A stretch of 64,000 nt of DNA. Origin: Pontiella sp. GTDB taxonomy: Bacteria > Verrucomicrobiota > Kiritimatiellia > Kiritimatiellales > Pontiellaceae. The translations under genes and the position numbers were made by a program. Below are positions 8,564-16,652 of the stretch, one piece after another (positions within the stretch are counted from its first letter, which is position 1; the number at the start of each line of letters is the position of its first letter). The stretch covers positions 2,713 through 66,712 of the forward strand of contig JBNKHE010000001.1 in the NCBI GenBank assembly GCA_050290185.1, read 5' to 3'. The notes beneath the pieces were generated by a model. The model saw only the letters and a program-made list of their open reading frames with translations. It was not told where the DNA came from and searched no databases.

Positions 8564-9295
8564 ATGAATAGAAAACTGATCTATCTTATTGCTACCTGCT
8601 TTGCGATTTTGTCTTTAATGCCAGTACGCACACATGCAAATCCAGACCATCTCACTCCTTGCCCTGTTTATTGCACTACTTATGACGCTGCGGTGTTTTC
8701 TGCCCTGTTAAACAATACAAAGCCACGCCTTTGGATGATCGTGTGGCCTGGTCGTGGAGGACAATCTGCAGTAATCATTGACGAGAAAATTGAGTATGAG
8801 GAAACTGACAATTCTTATGAAGTCAAGAGCCGACAACTATTCCTGAAATATGTCGCATTTAAAAATAAGTATTCCCCGCACCACATCCCATGGTCTTATA
8901 ATCCGGACGATCATTATAATGTTGATATGTCAAACGATCTCGAGCGTTGTGAGATTCCTATTGATATTGATTTTTCCACCACAATGGAGAGCGCTTGGAG
9001 TCGTGTACTGTCGACCACGAAGTATTCAGACGGGTATAACGACGGATCATCATACGTATTCTATTGTGATAGCCGCTTTGGCTGCACAGACTATTCCCCG
9101 GGAGGTGGCCTACCGCTGAAGCTTTGCGATCTTGGAGAAAAACTTTGCTTGTTGGCACAATCGGAAAATGAAGACAGAGATTCACTCACACAGCAGTGTC
9201 TCGAACTAGCTGCAACCATCAAGAAAACAACGAACCCCAACCAGGGTATGGACCCTACCTCGGCCAACGCACAATCTGTCGCGCCTGAAGATTGA
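8564..9295 (+). CDS. Cassette secreted hypothetical protein (Cys-containing); C-terminus encoded by attC 13
   Basis: RBS AAGGA; signal peptide ending ...THA; stop lies inside the attC. Confidence 0.75.
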   Translation: MNRKLIYLIATCFAILSLMPVRTHANPDHLTPCPVYCTTYDAAVFSALLNNTKPRLWMIVWPGRGGQSAVIIDEKIEYEETDNSYEVKSRQLFLKYVAFKNKYSPHHIPWSYNPDDHYNVDMSNDLERCEIPIDIDFSTTMESAWSRVLSTTKYSDGYNDGSSYVFYCDSRFGCTDYSPGGGLPLKLCDLGEKLCLLAQSENEDRDSLTQQCLELAATIKKTTNPNQGMDPTSANAQSVAPED

Positions 9296-9325
9296 GTACG
9301 AGGCGGATCACACGTAACGTTCTGC
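9235..9325 (+). repeat. attC-like site 13
   Basis: CCCCAAC...GGACCCTACCTCG...CGAGGCGGATCAC...GTTCTGC. Confidence 0.8.
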
Positions 9326-9337
9326 AGAGGAAAAAAG

Positions 9338-10918
9338 ATGAAACTACCAATTATGATTTTAACGTCGGCTCTATTGCTCGGAGGTTGCTCCCGCAAACAG
9401 AGGGAAATCACAATCACTCTACCGGAAGAGCGCATTGAATCCGGTTGGATGTCTTGTCCTGAAATGGATGTGTATCTGAAAGAGTTCAGTAATAATCACA
9501 AAGGTGATCTCTACTGGATAGATGCTGTTGATGGACGCTGGGAGAATGATGAACTGCAGTTTCGCCTGAGACAAAGTCAAGTTCCCGCCAGTGCGGGGCA
9601 TATGTGGTATTGGTGGTTTAATCAGGATGAGAGCTCATTTCAAGGACATCTACAGGAGATGAAAAGGCAAGGCATCACGCTCGTCTACCGTCAGGAATTT
9701 AAACTACCTAATGGCGAAACACGATTCCAGGGCGTTTGGCAACAGGTCTATGGGACGGATGGAAACCAGCGCAAACCTTTTAAGACCCCGAAGTCCGAGC
9801 TCGAAGAAATGCTCCACGAGCTGGATTATGGTTGGGAGCCTGCCGATGAATATCAAAAAAAATATGCCGACCGCTTGGACCGCTCCGCACTTGCGCTATG
9901 CCTCTTAGGTGAGCGATATGGACGTGAGGGTCATCATAAGAAAGCCCTCGAAATGCTCCAGAAGGCCGTACAGGTTGAAGCTAACCGAACGACGCGGAAA
10001 GCCTTAGCGAAACAATATCTCAGAATGGGCGATACCGAGGCTTGGCTGGATCAAATGTTGGCCATCCTTGACCAGCCGGAGAGTCGCATGGACGCTATTT
10101 TAACCCACCAGGAAATGGCGGATTATTTTGTTGCGGTCGGAGAATGGGATAAAGCATGGCCCCACATTGGCCCTTCCACAGAGAGTAACAGCTGGTTGCC
10201 ACTGATGAAGGCTGCTTGGTATTATGGACTTACCGGACACTCCGCCGAGGGAGTGAACTGCCTCGAGCAAATGGCGAGCGGATTTGGAAGCGAAGATATC
10301 TACAACTATCTTCTCGCATTTAACTTTAAACCAACCGGCCCTCTTCAGAAACAGCTGAATCAGACCTACCAATGGCAGGCCAACGGGGATCATGTTTCTC
10401 TATCAAAGGCCGCCTGTATTTCATTGGTTAATCAGGACATTGAAGATGCCGCAGCCCTACTGATGAATGCGTTGAAGTTATCTAATGATCCCTGGTATGG
10501 CGTCTTCGGTGCGATCATTTGTGATCAACAAGAATGGCATAAGCAGCGGGATGAATTTTTACAGGAAGCGGTTATCCGCTTCCCCAAACTAGAAAACCCG
10601 TCCAATAACCGGCAGGGGCTCAGACAGTTTCTTGATCTATATATCAAAGCCAATGCAGAAGGCATTTCCCCCGAACTCAAAGTGCAATTCAAGGAGTTTT
10701 CCACCTCCTATCGTTATGAAGGCTTCAATGTGGATGCGCATGCCTTCGCTGGCGAAGTTTTACGCCTCAACGGTGAAACCGAACTCGCGACGGAAATTTT
10801 CGGTGAAGCCATCAGACCATATTTGCAACAGCGTATATGTGAGTTTCTAGTATATCAGGGACTACGTTCAATGGGGGAAGACCCCAAATTAATGCTTGCC
10901 CAAGAAAATAAAAAATAA
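9338..10918 (+). CDS. Cassette lipoprotein with TPR-like helical region
   Basis: LLLGG-C lipobox; TPR-like pattern LGERYGREGHHKKALEMLQKAV. Confidence 0.8.
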   Translation: MKLPIMILTSALLLGGCSRKQREITITLPEERIESGWMSCPEMDVYLKEFSNNHKGDLYWIDAVDGRWENDELQFRLRQSQVPASAGHMWYWWFNQDESSFQGHLQEMKRQGITLVYRQEFKLPNGETRFQGVWQQVYGTDGNQRKPFKTPKSELEEMLHELDYGWEPADEYQKKYADRLDRSALALCLLGERYGREGHHKKALEMLQKAVQVEANRTTRKALAKQYLRMGDTEAWLDQMLAILDQPESRMDAILTHQEMADYFVAVGEWDKAWPHIGPSTESNSWLPLMKAAWYYGLTGHSAEGVNCLEQMASGFGSEDIYNYLLAFNFKPTGPLQKQLNQTYQWQANGDHVSLSKAACISLVNQDIEDAAALLMNALKLSNDPWYGVFGAIICDQQEWHKQRDEFLQEAVIRFPKLENPSNNRQGLRQFLDLYIKANAEGISPELKVQFKEFSTSYRYEGFNVDAHAFAGEVLRLNGETELATEIFGEAIRPYLQQRICEFLVYQGLRSMGEDPKLMLAQENKK

Positions 10919-10996
10919 GCAGAACCAGAAAACTGACTTTACGGTGAAAGCGCCGGTTTACGCTATGCTCACCGAAAGTCATGTTCAACGTAGGGC
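10919..10996 (+). repeat. attC-like site 14 (last; R' side reads GTA)
   Basis: GCAGAAC...GACTTTACGGTGA...TCACCGAAAGTC...aac-GTAGGGC. Confidence 0.8.
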
Positions 10997-11023
10997 GCAG
11001 GCCAGACGCAACGTTCGTACAAT

Positions 11024-12370
11024 CTACTTGCAGCCGCAGGAACCGGATCCGCAACCACTCGCGGTTTTCGCGGCCAGCTCCCGAATGGTGGTGTACGGAA
11101 AGAAGCCGGTGTTGTGGCCGTCGGACCAGTCGACCGTAATAGCATAGTTTCCGATGGTTCCGATCTTTTCCGCATGGATGTCCATGGGAATGGATTTCGG
11201 GTCGAGCAAAGGTGCCCGGGTCATTTCATCGACGCACAGGGCACAGCTGCAAGCCCGGCGCAAGGCGGCGTTGGAAACCGTGGCGGTTTCGCCGTCGGAC
11301 CAGGTCAACGTTATCGTCTTGGCATCAAAATCAATCTGCGGCTTGCTCGGCTTTTCCATCACCTTCTTACCGAGTGTGCGTATAATGATATCGGTCGTCT
11401 CATTGGCGATTCCGCTTTCAGCCAACGCGTCGAGCGAGCCGCTCAGGTTGCCGGTAATCGGCAGCTCGGCAATTGTTTCCAGGCCGAAGCGCTCTTCGAG
11501 CGTCTTTCCGCCGGCTTCGCCGAAAATGTAGTGCTTTTTGTCGCACCCGTCACAAACAAAGTAGGCCATGTTTTCCACCACACCGAGTACAGGCACATTC
11601 ACCTTGTCGAACATCATGATGCCCTTGCGCACGTCGGTCAGAGAAAGCTGGTGGGGGGTGGTGACGATAACCGATGCATCAATCTGTACGGATTGGGAAA
11701 TCGTCAACTGGATGTCGCCGGTACCGGGCGGCATGTCGATCACCAGATAGTCGAGATCGCCCCACACCACGCCATGCAGCAGCTGCTGCATGTATTGGGC
11801 AACCATGGGCCCGCGCAATACGGCCGGCCCATCGCCCATCAGAAAACCGAATGACATGAGCTTCAGGCCATCGACTTCGTTGGGGATAAACTGTTGCTCC
11901 GGTGTAGCGCGAACACCCGGCTCATGCAGATTGAACAAGGTAGGAATCGAGGGTCCGTAGATATCGGCATCCAGCAACCCGACCTTGGCACCGCGGGCCC
12001 CCAGCGTCTTCGCCAGCAACGCGGCTACCGTGGACTTGCCCACCCCGCCCTTGCACGAGCTGACGGCGAGAATAAACTTCACATCCTTCAGGCCGCTGTT
12101 TTCCGCGGACAACTGCCGTCCCTCCCGCTTACGTGCCGTCATGTTCACCAACACCTTTTCAACGCCGGGAATATCGCCAACGAGATCAACGGCCTGCTTC
12201 TGGAACACAGGGCTCAGCGGACAGGCCGGGGTCGTCAGCTCGATCGTGAACGCAATCGTTCCACCCTCAATCTTCATATCCTGCACAAAACCCAGCGAAA
12301 CAATATCGCGGTGAAAGTCGGGATCGATAATCTTGCTCAACTCTGCGAGCACCTGCTTTTCAGTAATCAT
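11024..12370 (-). CDS. apbC: Mrp/NBP35 Fe-S cluster carrier ATPase with N-terminal DUF59 and C-terminal DUF971 (HCF101-like architecture)
   Basis: IIDPDFHRDIVSLG (DUF59); SCKGGVGKST P-loop; DMPPGTGD; VVENM..CDGC; LRRACSCALC...WSDGHNTG (DUF971). Confidence 0.9.
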   Translation of the reverse strand: MITEKQVLAELSKIIDPDFHRDIVSLGFVQDMKIEGGTIAFTIELTTPACPLSPVFQKQAVDLVGDIPGVEKVLVNMTARKREGRQLSAENSGLKDVKFILAVSSCKGGVGKSTVAALLAKTLGARGAKVGLLDADIYGPSIPTLFNLHEPGVRATPEQQFIPNEVDGLKLMSFGFLMGDGPAVLRGPMVAQYMQQLLHGVVWGDLDYLVIDMPPGTGDIQLTISQSVQIDASVIVTTPHQLSLTDVRKGIMMFDKVNVPVLGVVENMAYFVCDGCDKKHYIFGEAGGKTLEERFGLETIAELPITGNLSGSLDALAESGIANETTDIIIRTLGKKVMEKPSKPQIDFDAKTITLTWSDGETATVSNAALRRACSCALCVDEMTRAPLLDPKSIPMDIHAEKIGTIGNYAITVDWSDGHNTGFFPYTTIRELAAKTASGCGSGSCGCK

Positions 12371-12386
12371 GGAAATCCTTTCAAAA

Positions 12387-12431
12387 AGCCGCCAAGATGG
12401 CGGCGATACGTATCGCAGGCTGCCAGCCTGC
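12387..12431. repeat. Two REP-like short palindromes
   Basis: GCCGCCaagatGGCGGC and GCAGGCTgccAGCCTGC in the sufT-mrp spacer. Confidence 0.55.
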
Positions 12432-12435
12432 CTTG

Positions 12436-12789
12436 TTAAATCAAACCCAGTGCGAGCAATGCGGCGGTGGACATTTTCTCCCGTGTCCACGGGGGATCAA
12501 AAACCAGGTCGATATCAACGTCGCTTACACCTTTGGTCATCTTGACCGCATTGTAGATATTTCCGGGAATATATTCCGCCTCGGGACAGTTGGGCGCGGT
12601 CAGCGTCATCTGAACGTAGACCTTATTATCTTCGTCCACCTCGAGCTTGTAGATCAGGCCAAGGTCGTAGACGTTGACCGGAATCTCCGGATCGAAAACC
12701 ATTCGCAACGAACGGACCACCTCAAGGAACAGTCCCTCGTCAGCATCCTTCAATAGCTTGCGTTCTTTCTTCTTTCTAAAAATCGCCAT
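12436..12789 (-). CDS. sufT: Fe-S assembly protein SufT (DUF59)
   Basis: VFDPEIPVNVYDLGLIY...MTLTAPNCP...FDPPW. Confidence 0.9.
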   Translation of the reverse strand: MAIFRKKKERKLLKDADEGLFLEVVRSLRMVFDPEIPVNVYDLGLIYKLEVDEDNKVYVQMTLTAPNCPEAEYIPGNIYNAVKMTKGVSDVDIDLVFDPPWTREKMSTAALLALGLI

Positions 12790-12792
12790 GTT

Positions 12793-13242
12793 TTACTCCG
12801 TACTGATTTCACCCTGAAACTTTCGAAGCGCGGCATCGAAGGTGTGCCAGGCCAGCGTGGCGCACTTGACGCGCACAGGATAATCCTTCACTCCCGTGAG
12901 CACCGCCAGCTTGCCAAGCGGGACATCTTCCGGATGTGGTGCGTCTTCCGTCAAGGCATGATGGAAACTCTCGAACAAGGCATGCGCTTCCTTTTCCGTC
13001 TTACCCTTCAGCACCACGGTCATCATCGAAGCCGACGAGGTGCAGATCGCGCACCCGTGCCCATCGAACGAAACGTCCTCGACAATACCGTCCTTCAGCT
13101 GGATATACACATCGATCTGATCGCCGCACAACGGATTATTTCCATGGGCGAATCCGTCCGGATGCTCCATCTTGCGGCAGTTCCGCGGGTTCTTGTTGTG
13201 GTCGAGAATGACCTCCTGATAGAGTTCTCTTAAATTCTCCAT
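12793..13242 (-). CDS. sufU: SUF system NifU-family protein SufU
   Basis: LYQEVILDH, NPLCGD, GCAICTSSAS, RVKCATLAW. Confidence 0.95.
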   Translation of the reverse strand: MENLRELYQEVILDHNKNPRNCRKMEHPDGFAHGNNPLCGDQIDVYIQLKDGIVEDVSFDGHGCAICTSSASMMTVVLKGKTEKEAHALFESFHHALTEDAPHPEDVPLGKLAVLTGVKDYPVRVKCATLAWHTFDAALRKFQGEISTE

Positions 13243-13264
13243 ACCCGTCCTCAATTAATATTCA

Positions 13265-13330
13265 AACCGCGGAATATACAAAATACACGAACTCCCGATC
13301 GACACTTTTCCATTCGTGTATTCCGTGGTT
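13265..13330. repeat. 9-nt-periodic inverted repeat element
   Basis: AACCGCGGAATATACAAAATACACGAA ... TTCGTGTATTCCGTGGTT; related to 63262-63328. Confidence 0.65.
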
Positions 13331-14562
13331 CATTTAAACATCGTTATGGTTTTAACGATGGCCTCGGCCAGGGCGTCGACTTCCTGAAAGGTGTTATACA
13401 TGGCAAACGATGCCCGCGCAGTGGCCGGCACCTTGTACCGTTGCATCACCGGCTGGGCGCAGTGGTGTCCTGTTCGGATGGCGATGCCGTCGGCATCGAG
13501 GAACGTTCCGATATCATGTGGATGCACAGCATCGAGAATGAACGAGATCAATCCGGCTTTCTGGTCGGCCTCGCCGATGATGTGCAAGCCGTCGATCTGC
13601 TTCAACCGGGCCGTTGCATATTCAAGCAGGCCATGTTCGTGCGCGGCAATGGCGCCGAGCCCAATCTTCTGCACATATTCAATTGCAGCGCCAAGACCGA
13701 TCACACCGGCAATATTCGGCGTACCTGCTTCGAACTTGTAGGGCAGCGTATTGTATTCCGTCTTTTCAAAAGTCACTGACAGGATCATATCTCCACCGCC
13801 CTGGTATGGCGGCATAGCGTTGAGAAACTTTTCCTTGCCGTACAGCACGCCGACCCCGGTCGGACCATAGAGTTTGTGTCCGGAAAAAACATAGAAGTCG
13901 GCATCCAGTTTCTGCACGTCAACCGGAATATGCGGCACGGCCTGTGCACCGTCGACCAGCACGGGTATTCCTTTTGCGTGGGCGGCATCGATGATCGTCT
14001 TGACGGGATTAACGGTACCCAGTGCGTTGGAGACATGGACCACCGAAACCAATTTGGTTTTTTCGGAGAGCATCTCGTGGAAGCGATCCATCTCCAGTTC
14101 GCCCTTGTCAGAAATCGGAACCACCTTGAGCTCGGCACCGGTCTGCTGACAGACCATCTGCCACGGCACAATATTGGAATGGTGCTCCATATGGGTGATC
14201 AGGATTTCATCGCCCTTCTTGAGCAATGGCCGCGCATAGCTCTGCGCCACCAGATTGATCGAGTCGGTCGTGCCCCTCGTGAATATGACCTCATGCACAC
14301 AGGACGCATGGATAAAACCACGCACGGCCACGCGCGCATCTTCGTACAGGATCGAAGCTTCCTGACTCAACTGGTGGACGCCGCGATGGACATTGGCGTA
14401 GTGCGACTCGTACAACCCGGTGATGGCATTGATGACCTGTGCAGGACGCTGGGTCGAAGCAGCGTTGTCTAGATATACGAGGGGTTTCCCATGAATGTCC
14501 CGGCCGAGGATAGGAAAGTCATTCCGGATCGATTCCACATCGTACTGGGCCACATTGCTCAC
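13330..14562 (-). CDS. sufS: Cysteine desulfurase SufS
   Basis: YLDNAAST, SGHKLYGPTG, RTGHHCAQP. Confidence 0.97.
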   Translation of the reverse strand: MSNVAQYDVESIRNDFPILGRDIHGKPLVYLDNAASTQRPAQVINAITGLYESHYANVHRGVHQLSQEASILYEDARVAVRGFIHASCVHEVIFTRGTTDSINLVAQSYARPLLKKGDEILITHMEHHSNIVPWQMVCQQTGAELKVVPISDKGELEMDRFHEMLSEKTKLVSVVHVSNALGTVNPVKTIIDAAHAKGIPVLVDGAQAVPHIPVDVQKLDADFYVFSGHKLYGPTGVGVLYGKEKFLNAMPPYQGGGDMILSVTFEKTEYNTLPYKFEAGTPNIAGVIGLGAAIEYVQKIGLGAIAAHEHGLLEYATARLKQIDGLHIIGEADQKAGLISFILDAVHPHDIGTFLDADGIAIRTGHHCAQPVMQRYKVPATARASFAMYNTFQEVDALAEAIVKTITMFK

Positions 14563-15758
14563 GCAGAAACCTCATCAAGCCAGTCATGCACCATCTTCTC
14601 AATGTGCTCTTTGGCCGTTTTGCACTTCACTTCATCGAGTACTTCATTGGCAAAAGCGAAGGTCAGCATGGCGTGCCCGGAAACCGGATCGATCCCTCTA
14701 GTCTGAAGATAGTAAAGCGCCTGTTCATCCAGCTGTCCAACGGTAGCACCATGGGTGCATTTTACATCGTCCGCGTAGATTTCAAGCTGCGGCAGGGTGT
14801 TTATTTTAGCCGTACGCGAAAGGAGCAAATTCTTATTCGACTGAACAGCATCGGTTTGCTGTGCGTCCTTCTGAACCAGTATCCTGCCGCAAAACACGGC
14901 GCGTGCCTTTTCGTCCAGAATACCTTTGTAAAGTTCGTGGCTGTTGCACTTCGGCACGGCATGATCCATGAACATGTGGGTATCGAACAGCTGCCGTTCC
15001 TTCAGCAGGTAGAGTCCGTTGCAAATCGCTTCGCCGCCCTCTCCCGTAAGCTTTCCGCGAATATCGTTGCGGCCAAGCTTTGAGCCGATCGTGACCGCGT
15101 GATTGCTGAAGACCGCATCCGTTCCGAGATGCGCTTCCAAGGTCTGGAAGTGAAAGGACGAGGTGCTTTCACGCTGGACCTTGTAATGATCCACCGAACC
15201 AGCATCACCCACGAAAACCTCTGTGACGGCATTCGTCCAATAGGACGGAGCGGCTGCATCCGACCGACCGATGTACTCCTCGATAACAGTCACCTTTGAA
15301 CCAGCCCCGGCCGCAATCAGATTCCGCAGATGGAACGCCGCCCCATCGGAATCGGCCAGATAGATGAGATGGATGGGCTCGGAAAGTTCCACGCCATCCG
15401 CGAGTTCAATGAACGCGCCATCCGAGAAATAGGCGGTATTGGCGGATACAAACGCGCTTTGCGAATCGGCCAATGTTCCAAGCCGGTCATCGACCCGGTC
15501 CATGATGGAACCAATGCACACGCCATCCGGCAGACCATCAAAGTTTGATTTTTCGTGCGAGAGCTTTCCGTTCTCGAAAACCACCACGATTTTGCCGATG
15601 GGATCGAATCCGATATCAGCGGGTTTCCATGCACAAGTAAATTCGGCCTGCGCCACCGGCGTAACATCGGTGAACCGCCAGAGTTCTTCTTTGGTCGAAG
15701 GAAAGCCGCACTCCTTGAAGGTGGCTTCCGCCTTTTGTCTTAGTTCTTTCAAATCCAT
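14559..15758 (-). CDS. sufD: Fe-S cluster assembly protein SufD
   Basis: PQLEIYADDVKCTHGATVG; operon position. Confidence 0.95.
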   Translation of the reverse strand: MDLKELRQKAEATFKECGFPSTKEELWRFTDVTPVAQAEFTCAWKPADIGFDPIGKIVVVFENGKLSHEKSNFDGLPDGVCIGSIMDRVDDRLGTLADSQSAFVSANTAYFSDGAFIELADGVELSEPIHLIYLADSDGAAFHLRNLIAAGAGSKVTVIEEYIGRSDAAAPSYWTNAVTEVFVGDAGSVDHYKVQRESTSSFHFQTLEAHLGTDAVFSNHAVTIGSKLGRNDIRGKLTGEGGEAICNGLYLLKERQLFDTHMFMDHAVPKCNSHELYKGILDEKARAVFCGRILVQKDAQQTDAVQSNKNLLLSRTAKINTLPQLEIYADDVKCTHGATVGQLDEQALYYLQTRGIDPVSGHAMLTFAFANEVLDEVKCKTAKEHIEKMVHDWLDEVSA

Positions 15759-15780
15759 AATATTGATTCACTTTGATGGA

Positions 15781-15808
15781 AAACCGCCTGAAGGCGGAAC
15801 TACAAACT
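15781..15808. repeat. REP-like palindrome (GTAG-type)
   Basis: aaCCGCCTgaAGGCGGaaCTAC in the sufC-sufD spacer. Confidence 0.6.
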
Positions 15809-15811
15809 TTT

Positions 15812-16567
15812 CTACGCCTCTGCAACGGCCCAACTGGCATAGCCTTCGCTCTCCAGCTCGAACGCGAGTTCCTTGCCACCGGACTTTACGATCTGGCCAT
15901 TGACAAGCACATGCACAAAGTCCGGTACGATATAATCCAGCAGGCGCTGGTAGTGGGTAATCACCAGAAAACCGCGATCGGGACTGCGCAGCGCATTTAC
16001 GCCGTCGGCAACCACTTTCAGGGCATCGATGTCGAGGCCGGAGTCGGTTTCATCGAGGATGCCGAGCCGGGGTTCGAGCATCGCCATCTGGAAGATTTCA
16101 TTGCGCTTCTTTTCGCCTCCGGAAAAGCCGGAATTGACCGCACGGGCGAGCAGGTCCTCGCGAATGTTGACGATCTTCTTCTTCTCCTCAACCAGATCAA
16201 GAAATTCCATGGCATCGAGTTGATCCTTGCCTTGGTATTTTCGTACGGCATTGACCGCCGCCTTGAGGAAATACATGTTGCTGATGCCGGGAATCTCTAC
16301 CGGATACTGAAAAGCGAGGAACATGCCCGCGCAGGCGCGTTCGTGTGCGGCCAGCTCGTCGATGTCCTTTCCATCGAGCAGGATCTGGCCTTCGGTCTTT
16401 TCATAGGCTTCATTGCCCGCCAGTACGTTCGAGAGCGTGCTCTTGCCCGAGCCGTTGGGCCCCATGATGGCGTGCACTTCGCCGGGTTTGATCGTCAGGT
16501 TGATCCCCTTGAGGATCGGCTTGTCCGCCACGCTGGCGTGTAAATTCTTAATTTCCAATAGTGCCAT
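15812..16567 (-). CDS. sufC: Fe-S cluster assembly ATPase SufC
   Basis: [30 protein letters not shown]. Confidence 0.97.
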   Translation of the reverse strand: MALLEIKNLHASVADKPILKGINLTIKPGEVHAIMGPNGSGKSTLSNVLAGNEAYEKTEGQILLDGKDIDELAAHERACAGMFLAFQYPVEIPGISNMYFLKAAVNAVRKYQGKDQLDAMEFLDLVEEKKKIVNIREDLLARAVNSGFSGGEKKRNEIFQMAMLEPRLGILDETDSGLDIDALKVVADGVNALRSPDRGFLVITHYQRLLDYIVPDFVHVLVNGQIVKSGGKELAFELESEGYASWAVAEA

Positions 16568-16652
16568 TTTCTTCTCCAGATTCTTGGACTGGATAACGGG
16601 ATTTGCAGGAATCCCTATTCATCCAATCCATCCTGTTATCCTTCTAAAACTT

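Larger units (their letters stand above)
151..11019 (+). mobile_element. Integron-type gene cassette array (14 attC-like sites, 13 complete cassettes); integrase/attI not in window
   Basis: Single co-oriented ORFs separated by related imperfect palindromes with nnnnAAC...GTTnnnn ends; 5' and 3' core sites of each cassette are complementary; array runs off the left edge. Confidence 0.9.

Noticed and set aside
151..10996. Repeats as a CRISPR array
   Set aside because: Repeats are 78-248 bp, variable, and separated by whole genes; no cas genes
12371..12490. N-terminal extension of the Mrp ORF
   Set aside because: Overlaps sufT and translates REP-like palindromes; start at 12370 fits the family
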